NCBI GenBank assembly: GCA_048013815.1
Contig: CM106585.1
Coordinates: 11,904,001 to 11,968,000, forward strand
Length of the DNA stretch: 64,000 nt
Direction of reading: 5' to 3'
Origin: Setoptus koraiensis
Lineage: Eukaryota > Animalia > Arthropoda
Below the pieces are notes generated by a model. That model was not told the origin of the DNA. It did no database searches and saw only the letters and a list, made by a program, of their open reading frames with translations. How positions within the stretch are numbered: position 1 is the first letter of the stretch; each line of letters starts with the position of its first letter. Of this stretch, positions 54,701 to 64,000 are shown in pieces. Made by a program: the position numbers and the translations under genes.

Positions 54701-57700
54701 TGTGTTTATTTTGACAGCACGCCAGATTATAGCGCCATAAAGCTAATTTAATCCTCCGGAGCGAGCTCCAGTTTGCCGCTCGCTGCCATCGATCACTCGG
54801 CGCTCTGTCCGCCGCCGGTCGCCGGCCCGGCCCGAGCACCCGGTGGTGGGCGCCGTCGGGTTCTGGGACGGCCGCGCGACAGTCGCGACGATCGCGGCGC
54901 GGTTAATTAATCAACTGCTAATCAAGGCGCTCATTGATGAGCGCGCCGGTCGCGCGGTTGCGGCGCTGCGCCGACAGGAATGCCAATCAATGGCCGGTCA
55001 ATCGTTGATCAATCGCTTTGCGCTTTGCGGCCAAATTTGCATGAAAAATGAAATGACCAATCCGACGACAAAGTGACAAAATGAATTTGATTCGTAAAGG
55101 GCAACGGCGAAATTGATTGAAATTCAATTTGGCCGCGCGCCGCTCGCCGGCCAATTTTGCCAATTTTGCCAATTTCGCCGATTTTACCGTTACCTGTCCT
55201 TTCAAGTGAGCCGATGGCCGGCCGGCGATTTGTGATTTGTGAACGGCGCATATTTTGCGAGCCGACATTATTGTTTCTGTTAACATATCGCATATAAACG
55301 CATATCATCGCTTGTATCGGCGCAGATCGCCGGCTCGAATCGGGCTCACAAATTGTGTGAGTCACAACGAGCGGTATTTATTATCGCGGCGCGGTGATCA
55401 TCGGCATTCGGTGCCGCTGACGACTGCTCATTTCTGGCACTCTCGGCATGCCATCAATCGCACTCGCGCCGGCCCGATCGGCTGCGGGCCGACGATTGGG
55501 CCGACGATTGATGGCGGCCGAACGAGCGGCTTCGATTGTTGCGCGGCGAGCGGCTTCTATCGGGCTGTTGCGAGCGGCGATTGTTGCGCAGCGGCCGCGC
55601 TTCTGGCGCAACATGGGCGACTCGCTGCGGGCCGGGCGTCGTCACGACGGCTCGCTCCGGCCGGCGCCCGACAACAACGCCGACAACAACAGCGACAACA
55701 ACAGCAACAACGACGACAACAACTGCGCCGACAATGCGGCTCGCGCAACTCGGCCCGGCGGTCGCCTACGGTGCGCGCGGTGTGTGATCCCGGCGACTCC
55801 TTGATCCAGCTCGGCCGAGTTTGATCCAGTTCGATCTGATTTGATCCAGTTTGATCCAGTTCGGCCGGTCGCTGTTGTCGCCGTCGTTGCTGTTGCTGCT
55901 GTTGTTGCGGAGTCACTGGCTGGCAGTTTCTCGACAGTGTTATCGCTCTATCGCTGGCAGTTAAACGACGGCGTGGTGCCGACAAAAGAAGTCAAACCAT
56001 CAGTGCAATATGATAATCTGTTTCCATTGTTGTCACTCGCTGATTGGCCGGCCCGACGACGGCGACCGCGTCGCCGCTGCTGTTGTCGCTGTCGTGGTTG
56101 TTGTTGTTGTTGTTGTTGAGGTCGCAGTTGTTGTTGTTGGGCCGCTGTTGTTGTTGTTGGGCCGCTGTTGTTGTTGTTGGGCCGCTGTTGTTGTTGTTAG
56201 CGTTGCCGGGTCGCCGGCGCTGCCGTGGGCGGCCGGCCCGCGCGCCGGTAACATTAACAAATGGCATTAACCTTAATGGTGGCACCGGTTAAATGGTTTG
56301 CGTATGTGTATCACACGACGCGGCAAACAAGCCACAAACGAGCCGCCAACATCGACACCTCTCGGCGCGTCCATTATTTATCCGCTCAAGCGCGCACAAT
56401 GTGGGCCCGGCGCCTTTCGGGCTCCGCTCCACAATTGTGCCCCCTCCGCGGGCCGAACAATTGACGTGAATGAGCGGCTCAAAGCCAACGAGCCGACACA
56501 AACAGCGACAACAATGAGCCGCAACAACGGCGACAACAACAACAACAACGGCGACAACAACACGACAACAACCACAACAGCGGCGACGACAACATTAACT
56601 TTGTAACATATGAGCAGATTTATGTAGCGTCAACAAGCGCCGACGACAGCGCCGCGGCTCATGTAAATGTCATGTAAATGTTGTCGCGGGCACGCAAGCG
56701 GGCACACAAGTGGCCACCGGCGGACCAGACCCACCGGCGCGGTGCGGCCGCACCGCGCCGCGACGCGCACCAAACAATGGATTGATGAATGAATTTGGCG
56801 TTGCGCTCAATCATAATCAAGGGGGCAGAAGCAACGAGATAGAGAGACTCGAGTAGCGGCGCTGGGGCGCGATCCAGTCCGCGCCGGGACCACCTACGGC
56901 GGCCGCCAGTCTAGCCACTCGACGGCCCGACAGACCGATCGATCTCGGCCTAATTGCGGCCGGCGAGCCGACGCAACCCGAGCGCCGCCACTCTCGCTGC
57001 TCGCCGCTCGCCGGCGCCCGAGCTCGCTGCTGGCCGGCGCTCGGGCTTGCGATGTCGCGCCGCATCGGCACATCAGCGCGCAGCAACGTCAACGCGCGAC
57101 ATCGATCGTCGCGGCACCGGCCATCGGGCCGACACCGTCGGTCGGGCCGAATCAATCTGGCGGCCGGGCACGCAGCGACGGCCCGAACGGACCCAAATGC
57201 ACCCAAATGGATACATCGCTCACGGCGGACACGTCGCTGTCGTCGGCGCGAATGTCGCCGATGCCACCGATGCCACATTTGCGACATACGAGGCGATTCG
57301 TGCTCGCTGTATGCTCGCTGTATGCGCTGACGGCCAGCGTCGGCCCCACCGGCGGCCCCATTTGGGCGCCGCCAGTGTCGCCAGTTAGTTAGTGGGTCGC
57401 ATTAGTTGGCCGGCCGCAGCCGCGTCGCCCGTGCGCTCGGGCCAGAAAGTATCCGTTGGCCGCGCGCGGCTCTCGTTCCGATCGGTGGCAGCGTCGCCGG
57501 CGACAGCAACGGGCGAATTCAAAAAATTTGTTTCTTATAATTAGCCATGACGCGTAACGTCGCGCGTCCATCACCGGCCTGCACGGCGCTGCCATTGTGG
57601 CCCGTTCTCTGGCTGCCCGTTCGCTGGCTTTTCGATCTCTGGCAGCCCGTTCTTCGGCTGCTCGTTCTTCGGCTGGCTCAGCTCGCGGCCGCCGGTTCGG

Positions 57701-59912
57701 TGTTTGGGGTTCGGCGTTCGGTGGACGTGCCATCGACGCTGAATCGACGCCGAATCGGCGCTGAATCGGCGCTGCGTCGACGCCCGATCGAGGCTCGATC
57801 GAACGCCGAAGCGACGGCCAGGCAACGGGCTGCCGCACGGGTCGGCCGCGACAAATTCTCTCAATGAACCCAGCCCGACAATCACAATGATCGCCGGCCA
57901 GCACAATGGCACCGACAGCGATGAGATATGTGCGATTTGTGCGCCGTCAGCGCGTGCACCGCGGCACTAAAATTTTGATTTTATATCCAGTCGGCGGCCG
58001 CGAACAACAGACACCGCCGCGGCCGCTCTCGTTTAATGTGTCGCCCCTCGCGGTTGTTGTCCTTGTTATACAACAGCGACAACAACGGCGCCGACAGCCC
58101 GCGGACAAACGGAAACCGAACATTAACAATAACAACAACGCGGTGCTGTATGGGCTGCATGGGGGCGCTGCGCGTAATAAATTATCGCCGGCGCCTATAA
58201 TCGCTCTAATCTACTCTCTCGCGGGCCGCTCGCGCCGCCCACCGGTCGCCAGCGCCCGCTTATAGATCAGCTGACAGGGCCGATCTATAGGGCGCAGCGG
58301 CGACAATTGGGGCCCGCGCGGGCCGCTCATATAGGCCTGCCCGCTGTTAATTGCGGCGTCTCGCTACTCACACTGTCTAATATTGTTTGTGTTATTCTGT
58401 CTTATATTATTGCGCGTGCATAATTAATTAACAAGTTCACTCACCTTGAATTTGCGCCTGATGAGCCCAGTGGGCCTGCTGATGTTGGTGCTCGTGCAAG
58501 CTGAACTGATTGCTCGTGGCCAGCTGATGCTGCGGGCTGGGACTGGCCGGGCCGGACTGCTTGGCGTGCATCGCCCCGGACTGGCTGCTGGCCAGCGGGC
58601 TGCCGCTCGACGGGACCGACTGGCCGGCGGGCACGCCCGCGCTGTCGGCGGCCGCGAGACAGCTCATCGGGTGATGGTGCGCATGATACGGGTACGGGCC
58701 GGCTTGCTGCTCCAATTGTTGCTGCGGTTGCGCCTGCTGCGGGTGCATGAGGTGCTGCTGCTGCTGGTGATGGTGCCCTATGGTAGAGCTGGGCATGTGC
58801 CCGGCGGCGAACTGCTTGTCGTGGTGGTGCCAGTCGGTCTGGTTGTTGAGCTGCTGCTGTTGCTGCTGCTGCTGATAGTAGTGCTGCGGTTGGGCGGCCG
58901 GTTGTTGTGGTTGTTGCTGTTGCGACGATTGCATCAGTGGCGCTTGCAACTGCAGTTGGGCTGACTTGTGTTGCTGGTGCAGTTGGTGCGGGTCCGGCGC
59001 GGCTAACGGGCCCGGCAAGCCGATTGCGGCCAGTTGCGGGTCTTGTTTCATGCTGTCGGGCAGCGGTTGCGGGTGCTGCGGGCCGGTGGCCCAATTGCCA
59101 CCGGCGGCAACGGGTTGTTGCTGTTGTTGCTGGCTGTGCAAATAGTGATTGCTTAATTGTTGCTGATGCTGGCTCAATTGTTGCTGGCTGGCCGTTATTA
59201 CACCTGCCGCCGCTGCTGCGGCAGCGGCCGCAGCCACGGTGGCCGCCGACAGGGCGCCCGACGAGCCCGTGGAGTCGCTGGTGGCGCCGCCGCTAGACAG
59301 GTGATGCTGGTGTTGCGCTTGCTGATGTTGCGCTTGCTGGTTGTGCAAGCTCTGGTGGTGATGGTGGTGGTGGTGGTTGTGATAGTGTTGTTGTTGCTGT
59401 TGTTGTTGCTGCTGTTGCTGGCTGTCGAGCTCCTCGATGGCCTTCTGAATGGAGTTTTTCTTCTTGCTGCCACCTATAATGCCCGGCTGAATGTGACCGG
59501 TTTGCTGCGCGGGCCGGCGGGCGGGTTGGCGACGACGCAACGACGGTAGCGGATATAGGTCGGTACGCGGGTGAGGTGCACGGGTAAGTTAGTTGTGGTT
59601 ATATTTTTGAAAATTAGAGTATATATAGGGGGGCGTGCAACAATCTTGTTGGGGTGCACTTACCTGGTAGCGGGTGAGTATTTTCGAGACGCAACCGTGC
59701 GACACCTTCAACTGTCGGCTGATCTGGCAAGGCCGCGTGCCGTGTCGGTGCATCTCCACTATCTTGGCTCGGATTTCTTGGGGCAGGGGGCGCCCGTTGA
59801 TGTAGTTGCCGCCCAGCTGATTGGTGCGGCCCTGGCCCTGGTACGGGAAGGCGACATAGTTGTTGATGAGGTAAGGCCTGAAGTGGTGCTGGTGGCTGCT
59901 CTCGTGTCCCAT
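51794..59912 (-). CDS. Pax3/7: Pax3/7 (paired/gooseberry group) transcription factor, 745 aa; exons 59912-59664, 59504-58445, 52722-51794
   Basis: PAI subdomain [45 protein letters not shown]|[14 protein letters not shown] and an S50 homeodomain [10 protein letters not shown]...LAQRTQL...[11 protein letters not shown]. Donors CAG|GTAAGT (59663) and AAG|GTGAGT (58444) and acceptors CGCAG (59506-59505) and TTTTATAG (52724-52723) keep the frame. Extra small exons in the 5.7-kb intron cannot be excluded. Confidence 0.88.
55801..55860. repeat. 10-bp tandem repeat (TTGATCCAGT), 6 degenerate units, in Pax intron 2
   Basis: ttgatccagc tcggccgagt ttgatccagt tcgatctgat ttgatccagt ttgatccagt. Confidence 0.8.
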
Positions 59913-60047
59913 GCTGCCGCTGCTGTGCAAGCTGCCGTCTATGGCTGAAAATATGCGCTTGTCACTGGTGGCTGTATTGTATGTACTGGAGGCTGGCGAG
60001 ACGCCTTCGACGTCGCAATTCGACTGCGATGTGCGACACTTGAGCGT

Positions 60048-60169
60048 GATTTCGGCGTGATTTTGCGCGATTTCGCGTGATTTTTCTGCGATTTCGCGTG
60101 ATTTTTGCGTGATTTCGGCGTGATTTTTCTGCGATTTCGTGTGATTTTTGCGCGATTTTGGGGTGATTT
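60048..60169 (-). repeat. Helically phased array of 12 AAATC motifs upstream of the Pax3/7 ATG
   Basis: GATTT on the + strand starts at 60048, 60059, 60069, 60079, 60090, 60100, 60111, 60122, 60133, 60143, 60154 and 60165; mean spacing 10.6 bp. Confidence 0.9.
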
Positions 60170-60321
60170 GAACTCGATTAGAACACGATTCGGAGGCGAT
60201 TCGAGTGCGTCGTCGGCGGATCTGGACGCGATTCGGTGCTGCGATCGGTCGCCAAGATTCGGCTGTGATTCGGCCACTCGAGTAACTGGGTTGGGTGCGC
60301 GCTGGTGCAAGCTCACTCGTC

Positions 60322-60366
60322 AACTGAACTGTCGGCTGGCTCGCCGATGATGCGGCCACTTTATTT
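60322..60366 (-). promoter_or_regulatory. Candidate Pax3/7 core promoter (arthropod initiator TCAGTT with an A-rich box about 35 bp upstream)
   Basis: Minus-strand TCAGTT at 60327-60322 and AAATAAA at 60366-60360. This is a motif match only. Confidence 0.3.
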
Positions 60367-62906
60367 GAGTTGACTTTGCTGCCACCGCATAAGATGCTGC
60401 CGCTGGTGCGCGGTGCGTGGTGCACGGCCGGCCGGGGGGGAGGGCGAGGGGCAGGCAGCGCCCTTGTGGTTTGCCACTGGCGCGTTCGAAGCGTTCGGAG
60501 TGTTCGCACAGTTCGCAGCGCGTTCGAGTGCCCTTTCGAAGCGTTCCATCGAAGCGGCGCTCGGTCGCGCTTGTTCGCGCATGTTCGCCCTGCCCGTACT
60601 GCGTCTATCTATAGTCGACTCTAAGCCAGTGTCGCTCTTTCGCGGCGCGCCGATATTCCCTCTGTGGTGCCCGTTGCCGCCGCCGCCGCTATAATGGCAC
60701 TATAACACTGCTACAATGTTACAATCGCCGGACGGCCGGCCGGCCGGTCGCGGGGTCACTTTGTGCCCGCCTATCCCACGTGTGCGTATCTGTCGCACAG
60801 CCGGGCCGGCCCGGCCCGAGAGCCGCTCCCGAGCCACTACTGTTCGATCACTTGGGCAGCTCAATATACTCGCCGACAGCGGCGCACAATGACAGGTAAA
60901 TTTCAGGTAAACAGTGCGCTTAATGATGCTTGTGAGTTGCGACTTTTTGCCTCTTGTTGCTTTGTTTTTGCTCCACTGGTGCCCATGCAAACAAACCTGA
61001 CAGTGTCAGGCTTAATGCTGCAGCGAGCGGCGCACAAAATGTTTGTTTTGTCTCTGTCGCTTCGGTTGGCTTCGCTGGCCCTTTGGCCTCTCGAGCCGCG
61101 ACTCGAGCGACTCGCCCGTTGTCGCGCTGGCTGGTGGTTCGGTGGCCATTTTCGAAGCCGAACCCCGCGACAGCGGCCAACACCATTGTTTGCCCGTGTG
61201 TCACTGCCGGTAACAAATGGTTTGCCAACTCAACAGGTGACAGGTCGCGTGCTGTATGCCAGCCAGAGAGAGAAATATGCCGACATTGTTGCAATGATAT
61301 CGTCATCGACATTGGGCAAACACAGCGCCAGAGACAAACAAGGCCCATTGTTTGCCCAGTGGCTGCCAATTGTTATTGATGGTGGCGCGCGGAGGCGACA
61401 CAAACCAATAGCGCACATAGGCAATCAGTTGGCCGATAATGATGAGCAATAATTCACGACGCCCCCGAGCCATGAATTATTATTGAAAATTGCCCACTTG
61501 CCTCGCGTTCATTCATCAATAATGAATGAAAAAATTGGGCAAAAATTTTGCATTTCATGATCGCGAAATGATCGCGCCAGACGCCAGTCAGCGCGCCAGC
61601 AACTCGACGTGTGTCGAGCAGTCAACTCGGGCAACTACTCGAGCGGCCAATTCAGTGCCGGCCGATACCCAAAGTGCTCACCTGTCCGCCTGCAATGATT
61701 TATGTGGCGCTGACACTGGCGGGGTGGCCAGTGCGCGCGGCCGAGCCAGCCGAACGATCATTAATAACTGTCATTCGACTTCCTATCCCCCTGCCCATAG
61801 TTCCAACGGCCGTCACTGTGTGGCCACTGCATTACATCATTGCCGAATCGGACTGTTATGATGCAACAAGCGCGGTGCGATATGATGTGATTGCGAACCT
61901 GTTGTTTCAATGTCGTCGTTTCGACATCGAGCCAGCCGGCTCTCCGACTAACGAGCCTCCGTCGACGGCGTTCCTCAGCGGGCTCGTCGGGCTCAGCGGT
62001 ACCCGAGGTGCGCCACACACTGGCGCTCACTGGCGCTCAACGGCGGCCACAAGCTCTCAATGCCAACGATCTCTGGTGCGCCACTTGTCCACTGGCGGCC
62101 AGGTGCGCAACTAGACGCTGGCCGGCTGAACAATAACGACGCGTGCCTCCGTATCCAAGGCGACCGCAACTTGCGCAAGTGACACTTTCGGGTGTGTATG
62201 TGCCGGCACAATTTCATCGCCGCGACATCGGCGGGCCGTTTATTTCGCCGTTGAAATAAAACGGAATATTCCCCATTATTTATTTATAATTTTTTCAAGC
62301 GGAATAAACGGCCCGATGTCGCGGCAATGAAATTGGCCCGCTGCTGGGCGAGCACGATGCCCAACGCACCCAACGGAGCGTGATCGAGCGGCACGGAACT
62401 AGGCGAACTCGGCAAGTCGCTGTTGCAGAGATAAGCGGCATAAACGCCGAGATAATTAGTTGTCGAGCGCAATAATCGTATCGTGGCTGGCAACGTTTGA
62501 AGGTGTGCGATGGCAAGTGTTTTTTGTTTTTTGCTCGAGCTTTGCCAGTGTTTGTGTATGTGTGCGATATGTGTTGTTAGATTGCGTGTTAGATTGCGTG
62601 TTAGATAGCCTTCGAGACACGATGAGGCATCGGCCGAGATCAGATATCGTCGTTGTTTGCCGAGACAAGTCTCTCCACGCAAAGCCAGTGCCGAGTGTCG
62701 ATTGAAGCGACATCATTAACTGATAGGCGACGACGACAACAACAACAACAACAATAGATGCCGAGCCGAAAACTCAAGCAATTGTCAAGGCCGACAGTAT
62801 CACATATCTTGCATATCTGGTTGTGGCGTCAGGCCTTTTACGGCGCACATTCGTAACTGTGATTCGCCAATGTTGTTCTCCCTGTGTAAATATCAGTTTT
62901 GTTGCC

Positions 62907-63009
62907 GAATTTGTGCCGAAATTGTCCCGAAATCGCCCCGAAATCTCCCGAAATCGTGCCGAAATCGCCGGAAATCGTCCCGAAATCGCCCTGAAATCGT
63001 CCCGAAATT
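62907..63009 (+). repeat. Helically phased array of 10 GAAAT(C/T)-type motifs upstream of the ATG at 63085
   Basis: GAA(A)T starts at 62907, 62918, 62929, 62940, 62950, 62961, 62971, 62982, 62993 and 63004; mean spacing 10.8 bp. Confidence 0.9.
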
Positions 63010-63084
63010 GTGTCTAGCGAGTGTGTGAGGTCCGAGAATAAGAACATCAAGAATCCAGTCAGAGGAGCAACCAATACGACCACA

Positions 63085-64000
63085 ATGGTGCAATACATGT
63101 TACGAAGAAACTCTGCTGAACATAAAGCCAATTATTCACGTGCGAAATCTTCGTTGGAGCTAGCGGTTGTTGTGCTGTGTTTGGCAACAACAACCACGCG
63201 ATTTTTATTGCAGTGCAGTGTTTCGGGACTAGAATTGGAGATCGCGCTGCTGCGCCACGACACATCGGCAAACGGCTCACAAGTGGCGGAAATGGACGAC
63301 AGGGCCAAAACGATCTATTCCGATCTGTACAGACAGGCGGTCGGGGGCCAAGTTAAATTTTTCGACCCGATTATCCAGCAAAACAATGCCAGCGAACAGA
63401 CAACATGGACACAACAAGCCGGCAGCCAGTACCTGATGAAACTGAGCATTGATCTCGGGGCCAACCGCACAACGTCGCTGAAATTGTTTGATTTCTTGGT
63501 CGACTGCGAACTCAGACTGGACGCTCGCCCGCTGCTGAACCGTTATCACCGGCCCGGCGGCGGCTTGGCGAGTCTGTTTTGGCGCAGTTACGTCAGTTAT
63601 GTCAGAATAACCAATGCGAGCAGCGAGGAATCGGCCATGATCGCGCCCAACGATGGCGCCCCCATGGCGTGTCAGTACGGGCATCGGGGGCACGACAGCA
63701 ACAACAGCAACAAGATCACTCTGACGGTCAACATAAACAACGCGGCCAGCAAGAGCGGCCCCGCGGACAGTCCGTTGTTTTTGTTGAAGCTTCAGAAAAT
63801 TTTATCCTCGCTCATGGATTTGGAGACGCTGATGCTGATAATTCTGGCCGTTTGGCTGCTCGTTTGTCTGGTGATCGCCATCATGATAAAGCGACGCGAC
63901 AAGCGACGAATGCGCCTGTTCCTGGCGCACGCCCGAGAGGACAACATCAACAGCGACAACGACCAACAATACGACGATTGTCGCCGGCGCCGCTGGTCCA
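63085..64000 (+). CDS. Uncharacterised type I membrane glycoprotein, 5' part (>305 aa, runs off the window; not in the ORF track)
   Basis: Manual translation from ATG 63085 is stop-free to the window end. It shows a signal-like segment LELAVVVLCLATTTTRFLLQCSVSG, N-glycosylation sequons (NGS, NAS, NRT, NAS), a TM helix LMLIILAVWLLVCLVIAIMI and a stop-transfer KRRDKRR. Confidence 0.8.
   Translation, partial: MVQYMLRRNSAEHKANYSRAKSSLELAVVVLCLATTTTRFLLQCSVSGLELEIALLRHDTSANGSQVAEMDDRAKTIYSDLYRQAVGGQVKFFDPIIQQNNASEQTTWTQQAGSQYLMKLSIDLGANRTTSLKLFDFLVDCELRLDARPLLNRYHRPGGGLASLFWRSYVSYVRITNASSEESAMIAPNDGAPMACQYGHRGHDSNNSNKITLTVNINNAASKSGPADSPLFLLKLQKILSSLMDLETLMLIILAVWLLVCLVIAIMIKRRDKRRMRLFLAHAREDNINSDNDQQYDDCRRRRWS

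Noticed and set aside
59658-59667. ACTTACCTGG matching the 5' end of U1 snRNA
   Set aside because: It is the reverse complement of the Pax exon 1 donor (CCAG|GTAAGT). No U1 body or Sm site follows.
59913-60509. 200-codon N-terminal extension of the Pax ORF
   Set aside because: It starts at a non-ATG codon and is kept open by the AAATC repeat array. The first in-frame ATG is at 59912.

Overview
Eukaryotic DNA from a very compact, intron-poor arthropod genome. An eriophyoid-type mite is my best guess; this is inferred from gene content, tiny intergenic distances and intron loss, and is not proven. The window alternates between two sequence regimes. AT-richer, gene-dense blocks (about 1-11 kb and 37-51.6 kb) carry a partial BTB/Kelch gene, a secreted Q/N-rich protein, RBFA, NUS1, a colipase/prokineticin-fold peptide precursor, a BAH-less ORC1, RSL24D1, tRNA-Pro(TGG), RINT1 and a three-intron HACD3-like dehydratase. 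They also hold a local ~3.5 kb segmental duplication containing two diverging BTB-BACK-Kelch genes, and two orphan signal-peptide/TM paralogs. GC/CpG-rich, microsatellite-rich, gene-poor domains (about 11.8-36.7 kb and 51.7-64 kb) carry a 1705-aa low-complexity protein with PP1-docking motifs, a spliced Pax3/7-type gene whose paired domain appears to lack the RED subdomain, and an open-ended type I membrane protein missing from the ORF track. Most short ORFs listed in the GC-rich domains are spurious. The most notable observations are the PAI-only Pax3/7, helically phased AAATC arrays ahead of two divergent genes, a templated RINT1 insertion flanked by 43-bp direct repeats, and the diversifying Kelch and orphan secreted-protein cluster. 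No CRISPR array, rRNA or intact transposon is supported.
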